DNA from: a bacterium
GTDB taxonomy: Bacteria; UBA8248; JACPRG01; G963555815
Length of the DNA stretch: 64,000 nt
Assembly (NCBI GenBank): GCA_963555815.3
Contig: CAUVWX020000001.1
Span: 96,001 to 160,000 of the forward strand
Direction of reading: 5' to 3'
Translations under genes and position numbers: made by a program
Shown here: positions 21,250-31,667 of the stretch, in pieces
How the letters are laid out: every line of letters starts with the position of its first letter
Position numbering within the stretch: position 1 is the first letter of the stretch
Notes under the pieces: generated by a model
Database searches by the model: none
What the model saw: only the letters and a program-made list of their open reading frames with translations
What the model was told of the DNA's origin: nothing

Positions 21250-21816
21250 TCAAGGTATCAGATTGCTGATCCCCGGGTGCATGACCTGGTGGCAAGTGTT
21301 GCAGACCGGATAGACGAATTGCGTCTCCATGAAAAGGGCCTGCTCGTCCCCAATCTGGTGAGAGGGATGACAGGTGGCGCAGCGAATATCTAGCGTCGAG
21401 GTGGGGATGTTGCTGTGGACGTGGTTTGGGAATCCCCGGTCCTCGAAGATCCCCTGGTGACACTTCACGCAAAAATTGTTCGGAAAAGACCCCCGGAGCT
21501 TTCCGGGGTCTTGGTGCAGGCCCACGAGGAAGGGGAGCGTGTTCCGCGCCCCGGCGGCGAGAGAGCCTATCCGACCCGTCACCCCTTCCCCCCGGTGGCA
21601 GTCGATGCACCGAGCGGCGACCAGGCGGTGGTGGCGCACCGCGAGGTCAACGGCTTCGGGGTCCTCACGCGAGAGCCGGGCGACGAATTCTCCCTCGGGC
21701 TCCACGTGGCACGCAGCGCAGAAGGTATTCCTCTCCTCCTGGTGGCTCACAAAGGCCCCCGCCCCTGCGACAATGACCACAAGGACCCCCAGACCAATCC
21801 CGAGCAAAAATCTCAT
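21250..21816 (-). CDS. membrane-anchored pentaheme c-type cytochrome
   Basis: five CxxCH motifs (CAACH, CIDCH, CVKCH, CATCH, CNTCH) after an N-terminal TM. Confidence 0.9.
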   Translation of the reverse strand: MRFLLGIGLGVLVVIVAGAGAFVSHQEERNTFCAACHVEPEGEFVARLSREDPEAVDLAVRHHRLVAARCIDCHRGEGVTGRIGSLAAGARNTLPFLVGLHQDPGKLRGSFPNNFCVKCHQGIFEDRGFPNHVHSNIPTSTLDIRCATCHPSHQIGDEQALFMETQFVYPVCNTCHQVMHPGISNLIP

Positions 21817-21865
21817 TTAGGTGATGAGGCGTAGGGCAAGAAGCTTCGTCGGAGTCTCACGAACG

Positions 21866-22915
21866 TCAACCGGCCTGCTTCACCCGGACAGTCAAGGCGT
21901 GGATGGCAGAGGTCCCCGAGGGGAAGGCATCTGAACTGAAGATCCGGAAGGAGGGATTCGACTGAGCCCTTCCCTCCCGGTCCGTCGCCCGGACCTGGAG
22001 CCGAAAGCGCCCGTCGTCGTATCCCTTCCAGTCAAACCTCCAGGGAGTCCAGACTCTGGCGTTTGGGCCAGAATAAAGAGATGCGGGGGCCCAGGTGTGG
22101 GCGTTGTCCATAGAGACTTCGACCCTGGCTATCCCCGACTCGTTGGTAAACGCAATCCCCCCCAGCGTAAAGAGGCCTTTTCGGATAGTCTGCCCGCGGG
22201 CTGGCGCGTCAAATCGAGAAAAGACTTTTACAGCCGCCTTGTTAGACCAACCCCGCTTCTCGAAAAAACCCTGGTAAGGCTCGTCGGTGAACTCGATTTC
22301 GGTGATCCACTTGGGCTGTTTTTGACCGTAGAGGCCGGGGATCAATATCCGGACCGGAAAGCCGTGGACAGGGGAAAGGGGGACTCCATTCATCCGGTAG
22401 ACCAGGAGGACATCGGGCCCGAGGATGCGTTTTAGGGGGACACTCGTCGAATAACCGTCGCCCGCCCGCATGATGGCCTCTTTCACCCCCTCCTTGATCC
22501 CAACGCGATCCAGAATGGAACGAAGCCGAACTCCGGTCCAGATGGCGTTCCCAGTGAGGGGGTAGCCCACCGGGTTCCCGATGCAGGCAAGAGTCCGCAT
22601 CTCTTCAACGGCGGGAAGTGCAAGGAGGTCAGCGTACGTTAGTTGAAGGGGCTGTTCCACCAATCCCCCCATGTTGATGGACCAAGTTGAGGTTTCCATA
22701 TGCGGGGTGTTCGAATAGGATTGGGTGTAGAAGACGTCATTTGGAGTGATGCCGCCAAGCTCCTTGAAGCGCCCGGCCTCATAGGGGAAGATAGGTGAGT
22801 CGGCCCCCTCAGCGGCCCCAGCGGTCCAAAGAAATCTCCCAACATCCTGAAGGCCAAGGCCCACCCCAGCCAGAAGGAGCCCCTTCAGTACCGTCCTCCT
22901 GTCTAGCACTTGCAT
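21866..22915 (-). CDS. Tat-exported sulfite-oxidase-family molybdopterin oxidoreductase
   Basis: DRRTVLKG Tat motif; LACIGN, MNGVPL..HGFPVR, PGLYGQKQPKW; C-terminal dimerisation domain. Confidence 0.9.
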   Translation of the reverse strand: MQVLDRRTVLKGLLLAGVGLGLQDVGRFLWTAGAAEGADSPIFPYEAGRFKELGGITPNDVFYTQSYSNTPHMETSTWSINMGGLVEQPLQLTYADLLALPAVEEMRTLACIGNPVGYPLTGNAIWTGVRLRSILDRVGIKEGVKEAIMRAGDGYSTSVPLKRILGPDVLLVYRMNGVPLSPVHGFPVRILIPGLYGQKQPKWITEIEFTDEPYQGFFEKRGWSNKAAVKVFSRFDAPARGQTIRKGLFTLGGIAFTNESGIARVEVSMDNAHTWAPASLYSGPNARVWTPWRFDWKGYDDGRFRLQVRATDREGRAQSNPSFRIFSSDAFPSGTSAIHALTVRVKQAG

Positions 22916-23008
22916 GGGCCCCTCTCCTGTCAGATCAAAAACGCTATTTCAGCCTGATAACCGCCCCGCCTCGAAAATACTTTCTGGGCGAGGCGTCGGG
23001 GTAAATTG

Positions 23009-23680
23009 TTATTTGAACCCCTTTGGCATCTCATAGATGTCCAGCGTCTTCCAGTAGGGCCGAATGTGAGCCATCGACTTAAGAACAGCTTCCAGACCCG
23101 TCTGGAACTCCTCCTTGCCCAAAGGAGATGCGTTCGTAAAAACCTCGGCGATGGCCTCTTGCACCTTGGGGTCCTGAATCTCTTTCAGACGCTCCAGCTG
23201 CGCGTCCGTCAGGCGCTCCGCTGAGGACTTAAGCTCGTCGCGCTTCTCCATCCAATGTCCGATGCCACTCTGGAAGTGACCCCCTACAAATCGACCGCGC
23301 CCCGCTGGGTGAAAGAAGTGAAAAGTCTCCTCGGCGTAGAGATTCGTGGCATCCTGCCCTTCCGGATACCAGGTGACCGCATTGATATAAGGCAGCAGGA
23401 CCTGGACAGCTGGCTTCTCGCCCGCGTCCTCCTCCTCAGCCGCTTTCTTCTTCTTGGCCCCGGGCTCTCCCGGGTCGTAGTAGTTCACGATAAGGGCGTT
23501 TAATCGCCCTTCCCCCTCGTCTGTGCGAAAGACAAAGGCCCGTTTGTCCTCGCGGACGGACCAAGGCTGCTGAAGGACACCGTACTTGTCGAAGTGCTGC
23601 CAGCTGCCGTTTGAGATGGGATAGTCCTGAAGGTAAGTCTTCAGGACATAGAGCGTTTTCTGGACGATGGGCTGAGGCAT
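23009..23680 (-). CDS. hypothetical protein
   Basis: 223-aa ORF with RBS and host-like codon use; no motif recognised. Confidence 0.7.
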   Translation of the reverse strand: MPQPIVQKTLYVLKTYLQDYPISNGSWQHFDKYGVLQQPWSVREDKRAFVFRTDEGEGRLNALIVNYYDPGEPGAKKKKAAEEEDAGEKPAVQVLLPYINAVTWYPEGQDATNLYAEETFHFFHPAGRGRFVGGHFQSGIGHWMEKRDELKSSAERLTDAQLERLKEIQDPKVQEAIAEVFTNASPLGKEEFQTGLEAVLKSMAHIRPYWKTLDIYEMPKGFK

Positions 23681-24304
23681 ATCCCCTCTCCCTTAACAGT
23701 GCATTCCACACGCTATATTCTATCATACCGGGACGATCTCCAAGTGCCAGCAGACCCTGAGCCGGAGGGCTCCCTTTCAGACCCCCACACGGAGGAGGAC
23801 TGATTCAGCGGTCCCGTGATCTATAATGGAGTCCAGGCGGCGGAGTCCTTTGCGAAGAGCGCGGAGATGAATCGACGGCGAGTCTTTAGATCTCTGGGGT
23901 GGGTGTCTCTGGCCCTGCTCTCCCTTGCTTTCATCTTTTCGGGGATCGGGGCCATAGAGCTGATCGGGGACGGCCTCCTAGCCCTTTGCCTGATTAAGGC
24001 CGGTTTCAAGATACATGGGCACGTCATCGGAGGGCCCCCGAAGGCCGGACGCCCGCGCGGCTCGAGCCCCTGACGAAAATTTTGGGCAAGCCCAAAAACT
24101 CCCTCGCGCGGCAGGAATGATGAGACGACCGGCTCGCAGACAGGCACAGGCTAGATATTGCGGCCTGCGTGTTTCGGTCAGAAGCGACGGGGAACCACTG
24201 GTGGACTTACAGGAACGTCTTTTAGGCCATTCCTCTCTCCTTTATCCTTTGAAGACTCAACTGCGGCGCTCTCCTGCGGAGAGGGGTTTTTTAGCCTGGC
24301 GGTC

Positions 24305-24568
24305 ATGTTCGGCTGCCTAGTGTTCATAGGCCTCCTCGTGAGCGCCGGCCTGGGAGGCCGGCCGGGGGCCCTCGTCTATCTCCTTCTCGTGGCCCTCTAT
24401 TTTGGACTCCGAAACTTCTCGGAACGACGCGACGGGGGCTCGGGAAGTTTCGGCGGCTATGAATCCCGCGAAGACTGGCTGCGGGCGAAGAAGACAGAGG
24501 GCCGGATCGTCTGGGGGGCGGTCGTCGTCTTGGGGGGCGTCTTCCTCGCCTATCTCTTCACCCGGTAG
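24305..24568 (+). CDS. small membrane protein
   Basis: hydrophobic ORF with 3 TM-like segments; start uncertain. Confidence 0.5.
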   Translation: MFGCLVFIGLLVSAGLGGRPGALVYLLLVALYFGLRNFSERRDGGSGSFGGYESREDWLRAKKTEGRIVWGAVVVLGGVFLAYLFTR

Positions 24569-24598
24569 AGAGGGGTAGTGTAAGCTAGGCTCCAGGAA

Positions 24599-24636
24599 GC
24601 CGGGGTGGCGGAATGGAAGACGCAGGGGACTCAAAA
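24599..24636 (+). repeat. orphan 5' half of tRNA-Leu(CAA) (attL of element A)
   Basis: 38 nt identical to 30406-30443, ending in the anticodon loop CTCAAAA. Confidence 0.92.
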
Positions 24637-24918
24637 CCCGTCCAAAGCCCTCCGGCGATTTCAAGCCAGTAGCCGCAATCCTGCACCAAGTATGGATTTA
24701 CGGATAAACCCTTTATTGCTCATTGTGTGCCTATAAGTGGGTTTGTGCACCTGCAATAGACACAAAAACAGACACTAGATCCTAGGCAATCTTTACCCCA
24801 GCCCTTGGCGTCGGGACCAGGGCAGCCAAGGTGGGATATAATAGGGTTGAGATAGCGGTATGGGGTTCTCGCGGTACAAAAATTAGAAAAATACTGTGCA
24901 GCTAATGATTGTCCGAAA

Positions 24919-25509
24919 ATGAGATCTTTTTTACTCCGTCCTGAAGTAGCTGATAGCTTTATGACTTTGTTTGCTGCTCTCTTAAGTGTCTCCCTTGGGT
25001 ATTTTCTTGCGAGATTGCAACAAAGGCGCCAAGAAAAAAGAGCATATGTAGGGGCTTTGCGCTCCCTTCTTAGTCAATCTGTGTACAATAATGGTGTTCT
25101 CATCCGTATTAGTAAAAGAACCTCAAAGAAAAGTGTTCCTGCGTGCCATTTTCATACGACCGCAATTCAAACGGCGCTGCTAAACCCTAATTTTATGTTG
25201 CGATCGGGCCACTCGCTTGTTCACATCCTGGGAGTTGTCCAGGAGAGCCTGTTGCAAACCAGTGTTCATTATGATCACGTAATGGGTGCGATGGGAAGGG
25301 CCATCAAGCTTCAAGATCATCATGTAGGTAAACTCCAGGATAATGCAAAAAGAGCACTAGGATTTAATGGGGTACTGCAAAGAGAGCTCGACAGGCTTCT
25401 AGCAGAAGCTAAGGCCCAGCCGCGCGTAGATCCCCATTACAATCGCCTTCGGCAAGAGCTATTTAATGTAGAGGAGGAGTGGAAATCTCCTGCGGAAGAA
25501 GACAATTAG
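24919..25509 (+). CDS. hypothetical low-GC protein with N-terminal TM
   Basis: 196-aa ORF, more AT-rich than the flanks. Confidence 0.6.
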   Translation: MRSFLLRPEVADSFMTLFAALLSVSLGYFLARLQQRRQEKRAYVGALRSLLSQSVYNNGVLIRISKRTSKKSVPACHFHTTAIQTALLNPNFMLRSGHSLVHILGVVQESLLQTSVHYDHVMGAMGRAIKLQDHHVGKLQDNAKRALGFNGVLQRELDRLLAEAKAQPRVDPHYNRLRQELFNVEEEWKSPAEEDN

Positions 25510-25853
25510 ATCTAATCGATCAAGCCCACCTTCTAAGAGACTCCCTCCAAGGTTCCGGGCGCTGAAATAACCTACATATTCCCCTGGGTCATTTCCTGAA
25601 TTAGGCCCTCAGAGGCCTCCAAAAACCTGGGTGGCTACCCTGGACACCAGTCAGTCCCTTGGAAGCCCTCACAGGAAGAATTTGGCACAAAGGCGGTTTC
25701 TGCCCGCCGTTGACGTTGACGTGTCCGTTCAATTGGGAAGGGCGTTGACCCTAAGAAAGATATGGCTGTTGGAACCGACCTCCAACGATCTGCTGTTGGG
25801 TACGACCCCCGTTCAGCTGGATAGCCCCTCCTCTTTCCGTCGGGATTACGAGT

Positions 25854-27845
25854 CTAGGTTCCCTCCTGATTCTTTGACGTTAGGATCTGGGCCGCGCGGG
25901 AAAGCTGCTCAGCATGGCCGAGGAGAACCAGGGTATCGCCCGCTTCAAGGGGGAGGTCGGTCGGGGGGTTGGGGAAGGTTTCCCCTCCTCGAAGGAGGGA
26001 GATCACTGAGGCCCCCGTGTGGCTCCTTAGCTTGAGTTCACCGAGGGCCTTGCCGACAGCTCTCATCCCCTCTTCTAGCCTTATGACCTCCATCCGAGCC
26101 GCGCCTAACACCTCGCTCTGACCTGTCAGGAGGCCTGTCTCCCGGTCAAGTCCCCGGAGCACCTCATAGTCCTCCTGACGCACCGCCTCAACCTCTCGGA
26201 AAATAAGGTTCTTCGGGACACCAAGGCGTTCCAGGACCCGAGCAAAGAGGGCAACCGAGGTCTCGAACTCCTCTGGGATGACCTCGCTCGCGCCAAGGGC
26301 CCTCAGGTGGTCTGTCTCAGAGACGTAGCGGGTTCGGACCAGGATGTGGAGCTCAGGATATCGCTCCCGGGCCATGTGGACGATCCGGCGCGTGGCCTCG
26401 GGGTCTGAGATGGCGATGACAAGGGCCTGCGCCTGCCCAAGGCAGGCTCGCTCTAGCACCTGAGGGCGGGTTGCATCCCCGTAGAGGACCTCTTGTCCCT
26501 CGGCCCGGATCGAGCGGGTGGTTTGAGGATTCAGCTCTACAATGACATAGGGAATCCCCGTCCCCTTTAGGGCACGGGCAAGATTTCGGCCATTCACGCC
26601 GTATCCGATAACCACTACATGTCTTGACGGGCCTTCCTCCTGATGCACAGGGTCCTCTCTTGCCGATGGCTTAGGGCCCAAGGGGGAGACGCGAGAGATC
26701 CGTAACAGGCCATACACGAGCTTGGGAGAGAGCTGAATGAGGAAGGGGGTAAGCATCATGGTCATCACGGCAGCCGCAAGAAAGGTCTGAAAAACCGCCT
26801 CCGGCATGAGACCAAACTCCTGACCAGCCCTGGCCAGGACGAAAGAGAATTCCCCCACTTGCGCCAGGCCGATACCGGCAAGGAGAGCAACCCGAGGCGG
26901 AATCCGAAGAGTTGAGAGAGAAGCCACCACAAGAAGGGACTTCATCAGCACAAGGCCGAGGACCACCCCAACGATGAAAAGGGGGTGCCGGGCGAGGAAA
27001 TTTAGGTCCAGGAGCATCCCGATGGAGACGAAAAAGAGGCCATTGAAGCTATCCCGTAGGGGCTCGATCTCGGCAAGGGCCTGAAGGCCATGCTCAGATT
27101 CCGAGACCGCCAGGCCCGCAAGGAAGGCCCCAAGCGCAAGGGAGAGGCCAACTTCTGAGGTCACCCAGGCTATCCCAAGGATGACCACGATGAGGGAAAC
27201 AAGGAAGAGCTCTCGACTCCTCACCCGAGCCACATGGAAGAGGAGCTTCGGAACGAGCCATCTGGCGACAAGGAGGATCCCGCCTACAACGGCCACAGCC
27301 GTTGCCAGCGAAAGGGCGACTGAAAGGCCACCTCCACCCTTCCCCCCCAAGGCTGGCAAAACCAGGATGAGGGGGAAGATAAGAAAATCCTGGAAGAGGA
27401 GGATGGAGATGGCCGCGCGACCGTGAGGGGCATGCAGTTCCCCACGGTCTGCCAGCATCTTGAGCACGATGGCCGTGCTGCTCATGGAGAGGAGGAAACC
27501 TGAGAAGAGGGCCACTCTCCAGCCTAGCAGAGGCCACAGAAGGAGCCCCCCCACCAGGGCCGTCATGGAAAACTGGAGTCCTCCGCCCAGGAGAAGAAGC
27601 CGCCTCATCTGTCCCAAGCGGGCGAGGGAGGTCTCCAGCCCTACGCCAAAAAGAAGCAGGATGACACCCACTTCAGCCAGGATCTCGACGGACTCGCGAT
27701 TGGCGACAAGACCCAACCCATGGGGGCCCACCAGGATCCCCCCCACAAGGAAGCCGACCAGCGTCGGGACCCCGATCCGACGAAAGAAGAAGATCGTGGC
27801 CCCCGAGACGAGGAAGATAATGAGGAGGTCGCCGAGGATTTCCAA
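25854..27845 (-). CDS. CPA2/Kef-type K+/H+ antiporter with TrkA-N and TrkA-C domains
   Basis: SSTAIVLK, LLFQD, LGAFLAG, LAQVGEFSFV, GYGVNG and YGDAT motifs. Confidence 0.93.
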   Translation of the reverse strand: MEILGDLLIIFLVSGATIFFFRRIGVPTLVGFLVGGILVGPHGLGLVANRESVEILAEVGVILLLFGVGLETSLARLGQMRRLLLLGGGLQFSMTALVGGLLLWPLLGWRVALFSGFLLSMSSTAIVLKMLADRGELHAPHGRAAISILLFQDFLIFPLILVLPALGGKGGGGLSVALSLATAVAVVGGILLVARWLVPKLLFHVARVRSRELFLVSLIVVILGIAWVTSEVGLSLALGAFLAGLAVSESEHGLQALAEIEPLRDSFNGLFFVSIGMLLDLNFLARHPLFIVGVVLGLVLMKSLLVVASLSTLRIPPRVALLAGIGLAQVGEFSFVLARAGQEFGLMPEAVFQTFLAAAVMTMMLTPFLIQLSPKLVYGLLRISRVSPLGPKPSAREDPVHQEEGPSRHVVVIGYGVNGRNLARALKGTGIPYVIVELNPQTTRSIRAEGQEVLYGDATRPQVLERACLGQAQALVIAISDPEATRRIVHMARERYPELHILVRTRYVSETDHLRALGASEVIPEEFETSVALFARVLERLGVPKNLIFREVEAVRQEDYEVLRGLDRETGLLTGQSEVLGAARMEVIRLEEGMRAVGKALGELKLRSHTGASVISLLRGGETFPNPPTDLPLEAGDTLVLLGHAEQLSRAAQILTSKNQEGT

Positions 27846-28218
27846 GAGGTTTCCCTAGGTTTCTAGGATCGGTTATATCTTAGCTTGGAGGCGATGATTA
27901 GACCGACAAGGAAAATACGAAAAGCCGGTATCCGCATTTTCTCCTTGTCTTAAATATGGCAACATCATACCGCCTTCGGTAGGGCAATTGAACGCAAAAT
28001 TGTCGTCGGGTCTTAGGAGCTAGATGGGGGGGCCTTTTCCCAATACCGTGGCGTCCTGTAGACTTTGAAAGTAACCGATCCTAGAGAGGGGAAGTGAGCA
28101 GCGGGATCAGGATGATCTTCTCGTCAGTCCAGGTCACCTGACCGACCCGCCCCTTCGGGTGGGATGGAGCACGATGGAATGCTGGCCCCTCGATGGGTGA
28201 AAAGTAAGAACTCGGGCG

Positions 28219-29063
28219 ATGGAACTCTACCTGGCCCGGCACGGCGAACCCTTAAGGAGACCCACTGATGGCAGAGCAGTTTTATCCAGTAAAGCTAGTT
28301 GAGATCCGAACCGAGACCCCGGAGATGAAGACCTTCCGCTGGGTCTTTCTTGAGGAGAGGTTCAAACATGAGGCTGGGCAGTTCCTTCGGATCTCCTTAC
28401 CGAAGGAGCCTGGCCTCGAAAAAGAGGTCCGGCCCTTCACCATCGCCTCTTCCCCGACTCAGGATTATCTGGAGATCGCGACGAAGCGAAAAGGGGCTTT
28501 TACTTCCCGGATGGACGACTGGACATCCCCGGGCATCATCGCCCAGGTTCAGGGGCCCCGGGGACGATTCACGTTGGTGAAAGATGAGTCACAACCCCTT
28601 TTATTCTTGGCCGCTGGAAGCGGTGTAACCCCTCTGATGAGCATGGCACGGTATATCCACGACCGGGATCTCAAGCACCCCCTCCTCTTCATCCACTCCG
28701 ATCGGACGCCCGAGGACCTCTGCTTTCGAAAGGAGCTCTTGCGGATTGCAGAGCGTTCTAAAAACATCCGTATCCTCTTCGCGCTCAGCGGGTCTGGACC
28801 CTTCGAAGGTTGGAAGGGACTCCATGGCCGTATCGATCTCGATCTCGTCCGAAAGCACGCCCCCGATTTCAAAGAAAGGATGGTCTGCGTCTGCGGTCCA
28901 CCTCCCATGATTAAAGCCCTGAGAGAAGGCCTCAAGGCGGAAGGGCTCCAGAATGAGCAAATCAGATATGAGTTTTTCGGGAAATTCGAATAACCCTTTC
29001 GGCTCCTGGAAACCGGGGGGTGCGGTGGCTGCAACCCCGGAGCTCGCTGCAGAATAGGCCCTT
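28219..29063 (+). pseudogene. split sixA remnant (5' 28219-28249, 3' 29018-29063) enclosing an inserted gene
   Basis: MELYLARHGE start and the VRWL..PELAAE* end plus downstream GCCCTT match the sixA copies at 33067 and 41486. Confidence 0.85.
28268..28993 (+). CDS. FAD/NAD(P)-binding oxidoreductase (ferredoxin-NADP reductase-like)
   Basis: RPFTIASSP, GPRGRF, AAGSGVTP, CGPPPM and EFFG motifs. Confidence 0.92.
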   Translation: MAEQFYPVKLVEIRTETPEMKTFRWVFLEERFKHEAGQFLRISLPKEPGLEKEVRPFTIASSPTQDYLEIATKRKGAFTSRMDDWTSPGIIAQVQGPRGRFTLVKDESQPLLFLAAGSGVTPLMSMARYIHDRDLKHPLLFIHSDRTPEDLCFRKELLRIAERSKNIRILFALSGSGPFEGWKGLHGRIDLDLVRKHAPDFKERMVCVCGPPPMIKALREGLKAEGLQNEQIRYEFFGKFE

Positions 29064-29271
29064 TCCTCTAGGCTCGGTCCAGACTCCCCCGTATTCAGCT
29101 CCTCCTTAGCCGTCTCTGAAGGACCGCAGATCCTCCTACTCTCCTGACTCCCTGGCACCAAGATTTCACCGCGCCCAGGGGACACCTGAGAACTTCTTCA
29201 AAGTGACTCCAGGGCTTGGACAGGGAGGCCGGGGCAAAGGCCAGACGACAAAGGAGACAGGGGAAAAGGCC

Positions 29272-30381
29272 ATGAACGCACCTAACGAACCCAAGACCTC
29301 TCGGAAGCCACGTGGGCTGTCCAGACGCAAGGCCCTCCACCTGCCTCCTGGTGTGCGCCAGGACAATCGGGGTAATTACTTTCTCGACTACTACGTCGGG
29401 GGCAGGAGAACCCGGGAGTGGATCGGCCCCAACAAACGCTTGGCCGTAACGGTCATGGGCAAGAGACGGACCGAGATCGCCGAGGGAAAGCACCTGGACC
29501 GGCGGACCGTCCGTCGGGTCACTCTCAGACAGTATGCCGAGGAATACACACGGATCTATTCGGCACGGAAGAGATCGGCCCTCCGGGACACATCAAGCCT
29601 CAAGGCCCTCCTCCCTGTCCTAGGGGACTTGTACCTGGATGCCATCACCCCCGAGATGGTCCAGCGCTATCAGACGGACCGGCTGGCCAAGAGAAAGCCT
29701 GCAACAGTGAACCGGGAGTTGGCCCTGCTCAAAACTATGTTCAATCGGGCCATCGAGAACGGGAAGGTCACTACCAACCCTGTCGTAAAGGCGAAGTTCT
29801 TGAAGGAGAACAACGCCCGTTGCCGTATCCTGGAGGACGAGGAGCGAGAACGCCTTCAGACAGAATTTCATCCCCGGATCAGGCGGATCTATGATTTCGC
29901 CAGATACACCGGCCTTAGACAGGGAGAAATCTTCCGGCTGGAGTGGCAGGATGTGGACCTCAAGGGGGGGTTTCTTCGAGTCCGGGAAGCCAAGAGCGGG
30001 GAAGGAAGGACCCTGCCTCTGAACGGGACGGCCAGGGCGATCCTGGAAGGCATTCCTTACCGCCTGGACGGGGAATATGTGTTTTGCCGTCCTGACGGGG
30101 ATGCCATCCGAAGCATTAGGCAGGGCTTCGGGAATGCTGTGCGGCGAGCTGGGGTTCAAGATTACCGATTTCATGACTCTCGCCATGAGTTTGCTTCATC
30201 CCTAGCGATGGCGGGGGTGGACCTGAATACGATCCGGGAGCTATTGGGCCACAGGACCATGCAGATGGTGATGAGGTACTCTCACCTGACTGACCGACAC
30301 AAGGCCCGGGCAGTGGCGCTTCTCGACAACCAAGAAGACACAAAAACAGACACTATGGCAAGTCAGCCCGAGACGGGGTAA
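29272..30381 (+). CDS. tyrosine recombinase/phage integrase
   Basis: [18 protein letters not shown] and RYSH catalytic residues intact; N-terminal arm-binding region. Confidence 0.96.
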   Translation: MNAPNEPKTSRKPRGLSRRKALHLPPGVRQDNRGNYFLDYYVGGRRTREWIGPNKRLAVTVMGKRRTEIAEGKHLDRRTVRRVTLRQYAEEYTRIYSARKRSALRDTSSLKALLPVLGDLYLDAITPEMVQRYQTDRLAKRKPATVNRELALLKTMFNRAIENGKVTTNPVVKAKFLKENNARCRILEDEERERLQTEFHPRIRRIYDFARYTGLRQGEIFRLEWQDVDLKGGFLRVREAKSGEGRTLPLNGTARAILEGIPYRLDGEYVFCRPDGDAIRSIRQGFGNAVRRAGVQDYRFHDSRHEFASSLAMAGVDLNTIRELLGHRTMQMVMRYSHLTDRHKARAVALLDNQEDTKTDTMASQPETG

Positions 30382-30405
30382 ATTAACTCTTTGAAAATCA
30401 AGCAT

Positions 30406-30493
30406 GCCGGGGTGGCGGAATGGAAGACGCAGGGGACTCAAAATCCCCCGGGGGGTAACTCCCGTGCGGGTTCGACTCCCGCCCCCGGCACCA
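30406..30493 (+). tRNA. tRNA-Leu (CAA)
   Basis: acceptor stem GCCGGGG/CCCCGGC, anticodon loop CTCAAAA, long variable arm, GGTTCGA T-loop, encoded CCA. Confidence 0.97.
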
Positions 30494-31667
30494 CAATTTT
30501 AAGGGGTTAAGAAAACCGACCGACCCTTTCGAGATATACCCAAATAGGGGATTGTCTCCGTTTTGTCTCCCTGCTGATTTTTTGAGTGGTATCTATCGAT
30601 TGTTGAACTCTTTAAGGCTGTCTATGAAGATAACCCTGACATGGCAAAAGAATTAGCTAATAAATTAGGCTTAACAGAATGAAACAATAATGATGATGCC
30701 TACTGTTAGAAGTAATGAAAGGTAAGAAGGCTAGAGCTAATTATCCTCCTCCACCACCAGAGCCACCAGCTCCAGCACCTCCACCACCACCTAATCTTTC
30801 TGCAGCGAATGGAGATGGTTCAAAACTAACTATTCTGCTATTTGCCTTAACTGATGGGAAATAATAAGCTGGCTTATCAACTGATATTCAATAATCTAGG
30901 AGTTTACTTTTATCTTTTAGTGGAGAAGATCGCCAAGGGGATCCGGGTCATGCTCAAGGGCTAGCCCAAGACCGGGGAGGCGATTCCGTTGGCGGCCCTC
31001 AAGGAGTCCATCAACAAGGCGGCCTACGCCTACACGGACAAGTACGTCGGCCCGAAGGAAGAAGTCGGCAACAAGGGCGGCTCCCTCTCGAACCGCCTGC
31101 GGGGCGCGATGGCCTGAACACCCGTTGCGGAGCTTCACTCCTGAAGGGCGCTGACCCAGGAGATCCCTTGCCCATTTTTGTCGGACGTCGGACATAGTAT
31201 GATAGGTTCATATTAGTCATGATCACATGGACGCCAAAACCAGTAGCGGTAGGCAGCCACGTGCGCGCTGTTAAGGCCATCCCCGGTCGCGTCGAATACT
31301 GTTACATTCGGGGAGTCGGGCGATAGCGGAATAGTAAGAGAGGGTTCGGGCATGCGCCTCGAACGCTCTCCTGTTTCGTGCACCGTCAATCCCACTACTT
31401 CTTCGGCTTGATCTCGATCCGACGCGGCCTGCGTCGCGCCGCTCTCTGTCGCGGAACCAGGGGCCGATCGGTGGACACGGAGTTTCGTCTCCAATAGGTA
31501 TTCCGGCTCCTCCCTTGCACACCTGACGCCGTCGGGTCAGGTTCCGATAGAGAACTAGTCGCGAGGGCATCGTTATAGAGTGAAAGCAGAACAGGGATCG
31601 CCGATCCGGAAGCCACGGATCAGCACCGCTGCGCGGTCCTCCGACCCCCAATTACTGAGCACTGATT

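Larger units (their letters stand above)
24637..30443. mobile_element. integrative element A (~5.8 kb) inserted at the tRNA-Leu anticodon loop and restoring the 5' half
   Basis: bounded by the 38-bp tRNA direct repeat; integrase abuts the right end; 20-bp repeat AGACACAAAAACAGACACTA at 24758-24777 and 30336-30355. Confidence 0.85.
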
